Assembly (NCBI RefSeq): GCF_003044035.1
Contig: NZ_NVQC01000022.1
Span: 60,001-92,000, forward strand
DNA length: 32,000 nucleotides
From: Candidatus Methylomirabilis limnetica
Lineage (GTDB): Bacteria > Methylomirabilota > Methylomirabilia > Methylomirabilales > Methylomirabilaceae
Reading direction: 5' to 3'
Shown here: positions 1 to 8,648 of the stretch, piece after piece
Layout of the letters: each line of letters starts with the position of its first letter
Position numbering within the stretch: the stretch's first letter is position 1
The notes under the pieces: generated by a model
The model's database searches: none
What the model was told of the DNA's origin: nothing
What the model saw: the letters and a program-made list of their open reading frames with translations, nothing else
Program-made: the position numbers and the translations under genes

Positions 1-2196
1 CAGCGCCGCGAAGGGGATCCATTCGTGATCGCGGGTGGTCCTGTCGCCTTCAACCCGGAGCCGATCGCCGACTTTATCGACCTATTCCTGCTCGGCGATG
101 CGGAGGAAGCGATTATAGAGATCTGCGAAGCGGTCATGCAGTGGAAAGCAACGGGGGGGCCGCGTGAAGAGCTCCTCGAGGCATGGGCCAAGATCGAAGG
201 CTGCTACGTGCCCGCGCTCCACCAGGGCGAGACGATTCGCAAGCGGACAGCGATCCACCTCGATGGGATCGACTATGGCGCGTTTCTGGTCCCATTCATG
301 GAGATCGTTCACGACCGCGTCAGTATCGAGGTGATGCGTGGATGTACGCAGGGGTGCCGCTTCTGTCAAGCCGGCTACATCTACCGACCGCTTCGAGAGC
401 GATCCGCCGAGGAGATCATGCAGATGACCCTGCAGGCAAGACGAGGGACGGGGTATGAAGAGGTCTCGCTAGGCTCGTTGAGCATCGCCGATCTGACCGA
501 TCTCCCTCATCTTATCCACCCGCTCATGGAGGATCTCTTGCCGGAGAAGATCTCGCTGTCCCTCCCCTCCCTGCGGGTTGAAGCCCTGAACCGTTTTCCG
601 CAGGTGGCCGAGGAGATCGGACGGGTTCGAAAGACCGGCTTCACCATCGCGCCGGAGGCCGGAAGCCAGCGGCTTAGAAAGGTGATCAATAAGGAGGGGT
701 TCGACGAGGAACAGATCTTCATGGCCGTGAGGAATGCCGCCAAATCCGGCTGGGAGTCGGTGAAATTCTACTTTATGATTGGGCTCCCGACCGAGACGCA
801 GACGGACCTGGACGAGATGATTCGCATCACGCGGGAATCGGCGCGGATCGCGCGGGCGGAGTCGGCTCGAGGCTTTGGGCTGACAGTCAGTACCTCCTCG
901 TTCGTCCCGAAGCCCCACACCCCATTCCAGTGGTACGCACAGGAGCCGATGGATATCCTCAAGGAAAAGCAGGATTTCCTGAAGCGAAAGTTACGAGAGG
1001 CGAAAGTGTCGTACAAGTGGCATCATGTCCAGTCCTCCTTCCTGGAGGCGGTCTTCTCCCTGGGTGACCGCTCACTTGGTCGAGCCATCCTTCGTGGCTA
1101 TGAACTCGGGTGTCGGCTTGACGGCTGGACTGAACATCTGAGGTTCGACCTATGGATGCAGGCCTTCGACGAGACAGGGATCGATCCGAAGGCGATCGCT
1201 AATCGGCCGCGCAATCTGGATGAACCGCTACCGTGGGATCATATCGACATCGGCGTCAACAAGTCGTTCCTACAGCGAGAGTACAAGAAGGCGTTAGAGG
1301 TCCGCGGGACGGCCGATTGTCACACGGCTCCATGCACGGCCTGTGGCGAGATCTGCCAGCCCAACTGGCCAACCTGGGCGGAGAAGGTCGGAATGAAAGT
1401 TTCGGGTCCAGAGTTTCGAGTTTCGAGTTCGACGTGCGTTGTTCCTGGCGCTGAACCCGAAATTCAAAACTCAAAACTCAAAACTTTATATGAAGCGCCC
1501 GTTCAGCGCATCCGGTTTATTTTTCAGAAGATCGGGGTGCTGCGGTATCTTTCGCACCTGGAGTTAATGAAGGCGTTGGGCCGGGCGGTGCGTCGGGCTC
1601 GGATAGCCGTAGCCTACTCCCAGGGGTATAACCCCCAACCAAAACTCGCGTGTGCCATGGCGCTTCCAGTGGGGGTCGAGGGGTGGCAGGAATTGGCGGA
1701 CATCGAGTTGAGCGCGGCCATAGCCCCAGAGGAGTTGGTGGCACGAGTCAATCGGTCCCTGGCACCGGAGCTACACCTGCTCCGAGCCTGGGAGGTTCCA
1801 TTGGCGTCGCCCTCGCTTACACCGTTGGTGCGGGAGCTCAACTATCGAGTCTCATTGCCGTTGGATAGCTCCTCCCAGGAGATCCGAGTGAAGCTCAGCT
1901 CCCAGGCGCTCTGCAATGAGTGGCTCGATCGGCCAAGCATCCCGGTCCGCGTCAGGCGAAAGGATAGGCTCGTGGATGTCGATGTCCGGCCGCAGATCCT
2001 GGCGTTAGTGGCGCTGCGCGAAGAGGGAAGTGCGTTCTGTTGGGACCTCCGCCTGAGTACGGGTCATGGCAGCAGTGTGCGACCACACGTGATTATGGCT
2101 CACCTGCTAAAAGATACGCTTGACGGCCAGTGTGATGAATGGGAGGCGAAGTTGCGTGTGGCAAGAGTTGCGCTGATCCTGGATGGCGAGCAGTGA
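1..2196 (+). CDS. Radical SAM protein (B12-binding-domain type) fused to a DUF2344-like C-terminal domain; 5' end lies outside the window
   Basis: Frame 1 is open from base 1 (track ORF 25..2196). It carries the radical SAM cluster motif 'CTQGCRFCQAGY'. The C-terminal ~230 aa ('RIRFIFQKIGVLRYLSHLELMKAL...') resemble the partner protein that is a separate gene in many genomes. Stop is TGA 2194-2196. Confidence 0.8.
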   Translation, partial: QRREGDPFVIAGGPVAFNPEPIADFIDLFLLGDAEEAIIEICEAVMQWKATGGPREELLEAWAKIEGCYVPALHQGETIRKRTAIHLDGIDYGAFLVPFMEIVHDRVSIEVMRGCTQGCRFCQAGYIYRPLRERSAEEIMQMTLQARRGTGYEEVSLGSLSIADLTDLPHLIHPLMEDLLPEKISLSLPSLRVEALNRFPQVAEEIGRVRKTGFTIAPEAGSQRLRKVINKEGFDEEQIFMAVRNAAKSGWESVKFYFMIGLPTETQTDLDEMIRITRESARIARAESARGFGLTVSTSSFVPKPHTPFQWYAQEPMDILKEKQDFLKRKLREAKVSYKWHHVQSSFLEAVFSLGDRSLGRAILRGYELGCRLDGWTEHLRFDLWMQAFDETGIDPKAIANRPRNLDEPLPWDHIDIGVNKSFLQREYKKALEVRGTADCHTAPCTACGEICQPNWPTWAEKVGMKVSGPEFRVSSSTCVVPGAEPEIQNSKLKTLYEAPVQRIRFIFQKIGVLRYLSHLELMKALGRAVRRARIAVAYSQGYNPQPKLACAMALPVGVEGWQELADIELSAAIAPEELVARVNRSLAPELHLLRAWEVPLASPSLTPLVRELNYRVSLPLDSSSQEIRVKLSSQALCNEWLDRPSIPVRVRRKDRLVDVDVRPQILALVALREEGSAFCWDLRLSTGHGSSVRPHVIMAHLLKDTLDGQCDEWEAKLRVARVALILDGEQ
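1397..1484. repeat. Heptamer tandem arrays in inverted arrangement, lying inside the coding region
   Basis: Left arm is 'aagtttc gggtcca gagtttc gagtttc gagttcg' (1397-1431). Right arm is 'tcaaaac' x3 (1464-1484), whose reverse complement has the unit gttttga (cyclically GAGTTTT). A 32-nt spacer separates the arms. Confidence 0.7.
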
Positions 2197-2266
2197 TAGC
2201 TCTTGCCGCTTGCGAGCATTAACGTTTAGTAATCCACCTGCTTAAGGAGAAAGCGATTATCGCTCA

Positions 2267-3799
2267 ATGAAACGCGAGATTATTGTGAACTCTTCCATCG
2301 TGGAAACTCGAGTGGCCGTCCTGGAGGACGGCGTTCTAGTCGAGTTGCTGATCGACGACTCGAAGAATAAGAGTATTGCCGGAAACATTTATAAAGGGCG
2401 TGTGCTAAAAATCCTTCCTGGGATGCAGGCGGCCTTCGTAGATTTGGGCCTGGCGAAGGATGCCTTTCTGTACGTTCGGGACATCTTCGAGGACGTGGAG
2501 GAATTTGAGCAATTGCTCACCATCGGCGAGGATGACGAGCCAGGAGAACCCCTCTCCGATGAGCCGAGGTCCAACTTCGCTCGAGGTCGCCGCCCACAGG
2601 CCAGCATCGAGGAAATCCTGAAGGAGGGCCAGGAGATTGTCGCGCAGGTGGCCCGTGAGCCACTCGGGACCAAGGGCGCTCGTATCACCTCTCACATCAC
2701 CCTGCCCGGCCGCCACCTGGTCTATATGCCTACCGAGCAGCACGTCGGGGTTTCGCGGAAGATCGAGGACGAAGCGGAACGATCCCGGCTGAAGCAGATC
2801 ATCGAAGAGATTAACCCTCAACGGGAGGGGGTCATCGTCAGAACCGCCGGGATCGGTAAGGAGAAAGACGAGATCGAGGCCGACCTCGAGTTTCTCCGGT
2901 CCCTCTGGAAAAAGATCAAAGACAAGGCCGAAACACTCACCGCCCCGGCAGTGGTACAGCAGGACCTGGACCTGATCTTCCGGATTTTCCGCGACCTCTT
3001 CACGAAGGAGGTGGTCCGCCTGGTGGTAGACAGTCCGACGGAGTACGAGCGGTGTCTGGAGTATGCCGAGTCGCTGCATCCCGATCTGAAGTCGCATCTA
3101 TTTCTTTACACCGAGGATGAGCCGATCTTCAAGTCGTTCGGTATTGAACGAGAGATCGAGAAAGCGCTGCGACACAAGGCGTGGCTCAAATCAGGTGGCT
3201 ACATCGTGTTGGAGCAGACGGAGGCGCTAGTCTCCATCGATGTCAACACCGGAAAATATGTCGGCAAGCACGATTTTGAAGAGACGGTCCTCAAGACCAA
3301 CCTGGAGGCGGCCCGGGAGATCGCGCGCCAGGTGCGCTTACGAGACCTGGGTGGGATCATTATCATCGACTTCATCGACATGGCTCGGCAGGAGAGTCGG
3401 GATCGGGTGCTCCAGGATCTGAAGGAGGCACTGAAGCCAGACCGCTCCCCCACCAACGTTTCACTCCTATCAGAGCTTGGCCTGGTCGAGATGACGCGGA
3501 AGCGGGTCCGCCAAGGGTTGAACAAATCCCTGAGCGCTTCATGCCCTGCGTGCGGCGGTCTTGGCTACGTCCGTTCAACCCCCTCCATCGCCCATCAAGT
3601 CCTTCGAGAGGTAGAGTGGCGGTTGTTCAGCAAGCGGATCCCCATGGTCCGGATCCGTGCCCATCCCGACCTGATCGACTGGTTCCGAGCTGAGGATGGC
3701 GAGGTAATCGAAGCGCTCCAGCAGACCTACGGCGGAGAGATCATCCTGGTTCCGGAAGAATCTTTGGCTCCCGGGAAATACCAGTTGCTGGAGGGGTAG
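2267..3799 (+). CDS. rng: Ribonuclease G/E family endoribonuclease (RNase G size, 510 aa)
   Basis: N-terminal S1 domain 'GNIYKGRVLKILPGMQAAFVDLGLAKDAFLY'. RNase E/G catalytic core motifs are present ('VSIDVNTGKY', 'LRDLGGIIIIDFIDM'), and length is typical of Rng. Confidence 0.9.
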   Translation: MKREIIVNSSIVETRVAVLEDGVLVELLIDDSKNKSIAGNIYKGRVLKILPGMQAAFVDLGLAKDAFLYVRDIFEDVEEFEQLLTIGEDDEPGEPLSDEPRSNFARGRRPQASIEEILKEGQEIVAQVAREPLGTKGARITSHITLPGRHLVYMPTEQHVGVSRKIEDEAERSRLKQIIEEINPQREGVIVRTAGIGKEKDEIEADLEFLRSLWKKIKDKAETLTAPAVVQQDLDLIFRIFRDLFTKEVVRLVVDSPTEYERCLEYAESLHPDLKSHLFLYTEDEPIFKSFGIEREIEKALRHKAWLKSGGYIVLEQTEALVSIDVNTGKYVGKHDFEETVLKTNLEAAREIARQVRLRDLGGIIIIDFIDMARQESRDRVLQDLKEALKPDRSPTNVSLLSELGLVEMTRKRVRQGLNKSLSASCPACGGLGYVRSTPSIAHQVLREVEWRLFSKRIPMVRIRAHPDLIDWFRAEDGEVIEALQQTYGGEIILVPEESLAPGKYQLLEG

Positions 3800-3830
3800 C
3801 GCAGAGGTTGAGATCTGCTACTTGGCGAGC

Positions 3831-3870
3831 AACTACTCAGGTAGATAGGCTGAAGGCTAAAGGCTTTTAG
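3831..3870. repeat. Solo half-copy of the MITE arm found at 24453-24494
   Basis: 'aactactcaggtagataggctgaaggctaaaggcttttag' is near-identical to 24455-24494 (one substitution by eye). It lacks the first two bases of the terminal GTAAC and has no inverted partner. It sits between the convergent rng and comB genes. Confidence 0.7.
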
Positions 3871-3880
3871 CTGTTGTCCC

Positions 3881-4606
3881 TCATGTGTACTCCGCCACAA
3901 GGCGGTCTTTGTGCATGACGGGCACGATGTCGGTCAGATCCACTTGCGCGCAGATCTCTAGGTCCGCCCCAAGGCCTTTGTGAATAATATGTCTTCCCCA
4001 TTCGCAGCCTCGGAGCATCCCAAGCAGGTCGTCCCGATAGGTTGCAAAGAGTTGGTGGGCGGCCCTGGCGGCATCGCTGAGCTCAAGCGCGCGATCAGAG
4101 ATGCAGAGCAAGCGATCGATCAACATCCCGCTGCCCACAGCATCTTCCAAGCAGAAACGGCCATGCGTACCCGCGCACACAATGAGGATGTCGAGCCCGG
4201 TTCCTCTGAGCCAGCGTGCGGTGGCAGCCGCGTTTAAGAATGAGCAGGCAATTATTGCCTGAGCCCCTGGGGCAGCCTGGAATGCGCGGGTCCCGTTGGT
4301 TGTCGTCAGGACAACCGTCTTATCCCGGACGCGCTCTCGCCCATATTCGGCTGGAGAATTCCCGAGTTCAAAGCCTACCGCCTTGCCTGCTCTCCGTTCT
4401 CCCGCAAGTATGGCCCCTCCGCCTAGCCTTTGCGCCACAGCCCTGGCCTCGCTCAGCGTTCGTACAGGGATGACACCAGCACAACCGTGGTGCAGCGCCA
4501 TGGTGATGGTCGTCGTGGCTCGTATCACGTCGATCACAGCCACTGCTCGACCAGAGGCGGACCGGCAGGCAGGATCCAACCGACTGAATGCCACCTCGAC
4601 GATCAC
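3881..4606 (-). CDS. comB: 2-phosphosulfolactate phosphatase family protein (ComB-like)
   Basis: 241-aa ORF with family-typical segments 'VIDVIRATTTI', 'GERRAGK..GFELGNSP' and 'VVLTTTNGT'. Confidence 0.8.
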   Translation of the reverse strand: MIVEVAFSRLDPACRSASGRAVAVIDVIRATTTITMALHHGCAGVIPVRTLSEARAVAQRLGGGAILAGERRAGKAVGFELGNSPAEYGRERVRDKTVVLTTTNGTRAFQAAPGAQAIIACSFLNAAATARWLRGTGLDILIVCAGTHGRFCLEDAVGSGMLIDRLLCISDRALELSDAARAAHQLFATYRDDLLGMLRGCEWGRHIIHKGLGADLEICAQVDLTDIVPVMHKDRLVAEYT

Positions 4607-4655
4607 GATGGTGATCCCATCTCAGTAACCCCACCAACGCCCTGCCCCAACTCCA

Positions 4656-4684
4656 TTGACACCCCTCTGAAGACCTGCTATGAA
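4656..4684 (+). promoter_or_regulatory. Candidate sigma70 promoter for the MFS gene
   Basis: TTGACA (4656-4661), a 17-nt spacer, then TATGAA (4679-4684), about 40 nt upstream of ATG 4723. Confidence 0.4.
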
Positions 4685-4722
4685 CAGGTGGCCATCACCT
4701 TTCAGCAGGAAGGTTCCGGATA

Positions 4723-5901
4723 ATGCGTGCTAACTTTTCGTCGGATCAAAAGCGAACTATAGCCACGCTGAGCGTCGCCATCGCGATTCGGATGCTCGGC
4801 ATCTTTCTCGTACTTCCCATTTTTACGCTCTATGGAGAGCAATTTACCAGCTCAAAACCACTGATCGGTCTTGCCCTCGGTAGCTATGGGCTGGCCAATG
4901 CCCTGCTTCAGATCCCGTTCGGCTGGCTGTCCGACCGATTTGGGAGGAAACCTCTCCTGATCATCGGCCTCATACTTCACGGCGTGGGCTCCATCCTGGC
5001 CGCCGTCCCTCCCAACATCTACGCCCTCATCGCCGCGCGCCTGATCCAAGGGACCGGCGCCGTCAGCTCTGTCGCATTCGCCATGGTGGCCGATTCGGTC
5101 GATGAGAAGAATCGCGCAACCGCAATGGCCTTCCTCGGGATCTCCATTGGCCTCTCCTTCGTCGGCGGCATCCTGGCTGGACCGATGATCGCAAGCCTCA
5201 GCGGTTATGCGTCCCTCTTCTGGCTGTCCGGCCTTCTGAGCCTGCTCGCATCCATCTACGTGGCGGTTGCCATCAAGGAGCCGCCAAGGGAGCGAAGAAC
5301 GGCTGACGTCTCTGGCGACCGGCCATCGGTCGCTTCGGTGTTCAAGATCCCCGGCATCATCAAGCTGGGTGTCTGTGGATTCCTCATGTCGTTCTTCATG
5401 AGTAGTTTCTTCTTCTACTTTCCCTTACTGGCTCGCCGCCACCTGCCCCTGCAAAGTTACTACCTCTTGCTTGGCCCGATGGTCCTCGCCGCCGCTGTCG
5501 TGATGTTTGGGGCCTCCAGGGCAGCCGACCGGGGCTGGGCAAAATCGATGGGCGTGATGGCCTTCGTTGTTCTTGCGATCAGTGGATGGCTGCTCTTTCG
5601 AGGAGCTGACCTTGGACTCCAAGACCATCCGCTACTGGTCCTCACTATTGCAGGCGTGTTCTTCTTTGCCGGCTACACCAGTCTTGAACCGATCCTGCCC
5701 AGCCTCATCACCAAAGCGTCACCTAAGACCATGTATGGGACAGCGCTGGGGACTTACAGTTCTCTGCAATTCCTCGGCAGCTTCGCAGGCGGAGCGGCTG
5801 CGGGATTTCTCAGTACACTAGGGACGGAGTTCGTGATGGCAGCACTGCTGGTTGCCGCAGCTTCAGGCATCATACTGATGTCCCAGGTAAAGACCGCATA
5901 A
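4723..5901 (+). CDS. MFS transporter
   Basis: 392-aa hydrophobic ORF with about 12 predicted helices and the MFS loop motif 'GWLSDRFGRKPLL'. Confidence 0.85.
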   Translation: MRANFSSDQKRTIATLSVAIAIRMLGIFLVLPIFTLYGEQFTSSKPLIGLALGSYGLANALLQIPFGWLSDRFGRKPLLIIGLILHGVGSILAAVPPNIYALIAARLIQGTGAVSSVAFAMVADSVDEKNRATAMAFLGISIGLSFVGGILAGPMIASLSGYASLFWLSGLLSLLASIYVAVAIKEPPRERRTADVSGDRPSVASVFKIPGIIKLGVCGFLMSFFMSSFFFYFPLLARRHLPLQSYYLLLGPMVLAAAVVMFGASRAADRGWAKSMGVMAFVVLAISGWLLFRGADLGLQDHPLLVLTIAGVFFFAGYTSLEPILPSLITKASPKTMYGTALGTYSSLQFLGSFAGGAAAGFLSTLGTEFVMAALLVAAASGIILMSQVKTA

Positions 5902-5957
5902 CCTGACGGCATCAATCGCACTTCTGGCGTAGTGCGTCTACCACTTCTTTACATCTA

Positions 5958-5990
5958 CCGTTCACCCTGAGCTTGTCGAAGGGCGAACGG
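5958..5990. other. REP-like hairpin between convergent genes
   Basis: 'ccgttcaccc' (5958-5967) pairs with 'gggcgaacgg' (5981-5990): 10 bp with one mismatch and a 13-nt loop. No flanking T tract. Confidence 0.4.
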
Positions 5991-6020
5991 AATGTATAAC
6001 GAAGAGTTGAATACACTACA

Positions 6021-6206
6021 CTAGCGGATGAACCCTTCTTCGCTCTCTCTTCTCACCGCCTCGCGAATTTCGAGGCTCCTACGAAAATAGCAGGGGCGGC
6101 AGATACTTCGGACAATATCCGAGGTTGGCCCTTCCGCAAGGAGAAAGGTTTCCTGGAGTGCGATTGCCCTGCCGCAAAGGAAACAGTAACGGGGCGTCTC
6201 TTTCAT
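6021..6206 (-). CDS. Small hypothetical protein with two CxxC pairs (zinc-ribbon-like)
   Basis: 61-aa ORF with 'CFLCG' and 'CRPCY'. GAGGT lies 4 nt upstream of the ATG on the minus strand. Confidence 0.45.
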   Translation of the reverse strand: MKETPRYCFLCGRAIALQETFLLAEGPTSDIVRSICRPCYFRRSLEIREAVRRESEEGFIR

Positions 6207-6257
6207 TTTTACCTCAAGCGGTGACCCACGTTAGAGCCTGATAGCACAGAACACGGG

Positions 6258-6444
6258 GTAACCATTCAGTTACGGGTGGAAAATCTCCCTCCGGCTTAAT
6301 ACATGCCGGGGCAGGCTCTAGCCCCTCTTTTCCAAAGAAGGGGACTACCCGTTTCCCCCTTTGAAAAAGGGGGATTAAGGGGGATTTTATAAAAACATAC
6401 CACATTTTATTTTAATGATTTCCCCCCTCTCACTGAATGGTTAC
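6258..6444. mobile_element. MITE copy 1 (187 bp), with GTAACCATTCAGT terminal inverted repeats
   Basis: TIRs are 'gtaaccattcagt' (6258-6270) and 'actgaatggttac' (6432-6444). An 8-bp direct duplication 'aacacggg' flanks it (6250-6257 and 6445-6452). Internal G/C hairpins are present ('cccctctt..aagggg', 'tccccctt..aaggggga'). A second copy lies at 25638-25821. Track ORF 6214..6405 is its spurious translation. Confidence 0.85.
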
Positions 6445-6463
6445 AACACGGGGAAGATTTCCC

Positions 6464-6492
6464 TTGACAGTTTTCCCCATGTCCGCTTAAAT
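6464..6492 (+). promoter_or_regulatory. Candidate sigma70 promoter of tRNA-Ala
   Basis: TTGACA (6464-6469), a 17-nt spacer, then TTAAAT (6487-6492), about 28 nt upstream of the tRNA 5' end. Confidence 0.5.
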
Positions 6493-6519
6493 CATCCCCG
6501 TTAATACACTTTTCAATGT

Positions 6520-6595
6520 GGGGCTGTGGCGCAGTTGGGAGCGTGCCTGACTGGCAGTCAGGAGGTCACGGGTTCGAATCCCGTCAGCTCCACCA
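6520..6595 (+). tRNA. tRNA-Ala (anticodon GGC), CCA encoded
   Basis: The cloverleaf was read by hand. Acceptor GGGGCTG pairs with CAGCTCC and includes the G3:U70 alanine identity pair. Anticodon stem is CCTGA/TCAGG with loop CTGGCAG. The T arm contains GGTTCGAATCC, and the 3' end is ACCA. Confidence 0.9.
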
Positions 6596-7115
6596 ATTAC
6601 TTCACCCATTCGTTGGCGTAGTCGGCGCGTAGCCTGATCGTCCCGCCTTAGCATTCTCCCAGCGCATCGGATAGACGTCCTGACGACCCAAACAGACGCC
6701 GGGGCGAGTGCAACCAGCCCGATCCCACGAGACCAAGCTCCGCAGCGCCCCTCTCCCGAGAGCCCGCACATCGCGCACTCTCCCACGCATGCCAGGCTAT
6801 ATCCCGGACCCTAGCCGTCACCCTTGACGCCATTGTGCGATATCCTATCATAGCGCTCGACGAGAATCCAATAGCCCGGAGATAGAGAGATTGGGCAGCA
6901 ATTCCTCATTCCCACCGGAGGTACATTGGGTTCCGTGAGGTCGAATGGTGGAAGAGTCGCGACGCCGGCGTTGGAACGGGATGGCGGTTGGTAGGAAGCG
7001 AGCACTAACGGGGTCTGGCGGCTCGGCGGAGACAGGGGTGGAGGCCTGCACTGTAGTTCCGACTACAACAGCGGCTAACGCATGAGGTCCACTGCACCAT
7101 TTGGGCTCAATACCA

Positions 7116-8348
7116 CTATTCTTTATATCGAGGAGAGCCTGAGGCCTGCTTAGCCAGAAGGGCCGGTTGAAGCCAGGATGCCTGCCAGCCAGGTCGAAGG
7201 GCCTGCAGCGCCACGACGGCTGCCAAGGCCGCAAGGGCAAAGAGGAGCAACCCGGTTCCATACGAGCCGGTCAGATCCTTGAGGAGGCCGAGGAGCATGA
7301 CCTGGAAGAATCCGCCAATTCCACCCATCGCGCCCACGACCCCGGTAGCAACGCCGATCTCGCTCCGGAACCTCTGTGGAATTACCTGGAAGAGCGCCCC
7401 ATTGCCGAGCCCCATGGCGGCCATCGCCAGGAAGAGGAGGACGGTCACCACAGGGAGTGGAGGGAGGAGCCCCGCGCCTGCGGTCAGGACGCCGATGGCG
7501 CCGAAGATGATCGAGAGGAGCTGCACTCCACCCATGCGGTCCGCGAGATACCCGCCTACCGGCCTGAATAGAATTCCGGCCAGGACACACAGGGCGGCCA
7601 TGTTGCCCGCCATCACCCGCGAGAGACCGTACTGATCATGGAAGAAGATGACGAGGAAGCTGGCCAGCCCGACAAAGCCGCCGAAGGTTATAGCGTAGAA
7701 GAGGTTGAACCACCAACAGTCGCTCTCCTGGAGGATCTTCAGGGACTCCGACCACCGTTTGGGGACGGGACGGTTAGGACTCTCCTTCGCGAGCCAGTGG
7801 CTCATCGCCAATGTGAGCAAGACGGGGAGAATCGCCAAGCCGAAGACATGTCGCCATCCTACTACCTCCGCCAGCCAAGGCGCGATCAGGGCAGCGAGGG
7901 CTGCCCCGAGGTTGCCGGCGCCGACGATCCCGTTGGCCAGCCCCTGGTGTTCTGGCGGATACCATCGGCTGACCATTGGGATGGCGACTGTGAAGCCGGC
8001 CCCGGCGAAGCCGAGGAGGAGCCCCACCGCTATTACGGAAGCGAAGCTATCGGCCACGAGCCATCCCCCAAGCAGCGGGAGGAGAACCAGGATTTGAAGC
8101 ACAGCACCCGTCTTCTTGGCGCCGAACTGGTCGGCCAGGATTCCGACTGGGATTCGGAGGAGAGAGCCGGTGAGGATCGGGATGGCCACTATGAGACTTG
8201 TTTGGCTGCCGGTCAGATCCAACTCGCCGGCAATGAAAACTCCCAAGGCCCCCATGAGAACCCAGATCATGCAGTGGATGGTGAAATACAGAAACGCGCT
8301 GATGAGGGTTCTGGGGTGCCCGACCTTGGTGAAATCTTTGAACGGCAT
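7116..8348 (-). CDS. narK: MFS transporter of the nitrate/nitrite porter (NarK/NasA-like) type
   Basis: 410-aa, 12-helix ORF. It has Gly-rich NNP-type signatures 'GIVGAGNLGAAL' and 'GVVGAMGGIGGF', and the loop 'RIPVGILADQFGAKK'. AGAGG lies 6 nt before the ATG. Confidence 0.7.
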   Translation of the reverse strand: MPFKDFTKVGHPRTLISAFLYFTIHCMIWVLMGALGVFIAGELDLTGSQTSLIVAIPILTGSLLRIPVGILADQFGAKKTGAVLQILVLLPLLGGWLVADSFASVIAVGLLLGFAGAGFTVAIPMVSRWYPPEHQGLANGIVGAGNLGAALAALIAPWLAEVVGWRHVFGLAILPVLLTLAMSHWLAKESPNRPVPKRWSESLKILQESDCWWFNLFYAITFGGFVGLASFLVIFFHDQYGLSRVMAGNMAALCVLAGILFRPVGGYLADRMGGVQLLSIIFGAIGVLTAGAGLLPPLPVVTVLLFLAMAAMGLGNGALFQVIPQRFRSEIGVATGVVGAMGGIGGFFQVMLLGLLKDLTGSYGTGLLLFALAALAAVVALQALRPGWQASWLQPALLAKQASGSPRYKE

Positions 8349-8423
8349 TCCGGACCTCTTGTGTACCGTCTACTCTTGTACGGGCTGCTTCGTCAGCGCG
8401 CTCCCGCTCAGCCCTCGGATCTA

Positions 8424-8462
8424 GAAAAGAAAAAGCCCTTCATCGATATTCCGATGAGGGGC
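8424..8462 (-). terminator. Rho-independent terminator candidate downstream of the ubi operon
   Basis: The minus strand reads GCCCCTCATCG-gaatat-CGATGAAGGGC (11-bp stem, one mismatch) followed by TTTTTCTTTTC. Confidence 0.55.
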
Positions 8463-8648
8463 CCATCACTCTGTCTCCGGCCGCCAATCATCGGAGGCAC
8501 CGAGGAAATCACCGCGCGAAGCGGACAAACGAGAGATTACCCATATTCTAGACCCTCTTTGGCAAGGGGGGAGACAGGCTATGGGTAATGACCAGACCAA
8601 ACAGACCGGATAGACCAAACCCAGCCGGTAGATGTTCAAAGGATTTCG

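Noticed and set aside
6214-6405. 63-aa ORF 'MWYVFIKSPLIPLFQRGKRVVPFFGKEGLEP...'.
   Set aside because: It lies entirely inside the MITE. The same element at 25638-25821 does not preserve the frame.
6596-7115. tmRNA, RNase P, SRP or 6S RNA in the tRNA-Ala downstream spacer, and likewise in 25822-26340.
   Set aside because: I looked for hallmark strings: GGAAAGTCCGGGC and ACAGAAnCCGGCTTA for RNase P, a tRNA-like 3' end with TTCGA loop and CCA plus an ..AA-stop tag for tmRNA, and GGTCCGGAAGGAAGCAGC for SRP. None was found, only weak chance resemblances. The regions are therefore reported as unexplained rather than named.
7150-8588. Multiple long ORFs (7150..7590 -, 7167..7571 +, 7279..7635 +, 7638..8588 +, and others).
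   Set aside because: All overlap the NarK-like transporter gene in alternative or antisense frames. They have Arg/Pro/Gly-rich compositions with no motifs.
8593-8619. 'cagaccaaa cagaccgga tagaccaaa' 9-bp triple repeat downstream of the ubiA stop.
   Set aside because: It is real but very short and degenerate. With no second occurrence in the window it is not enough to call a regulatory site.
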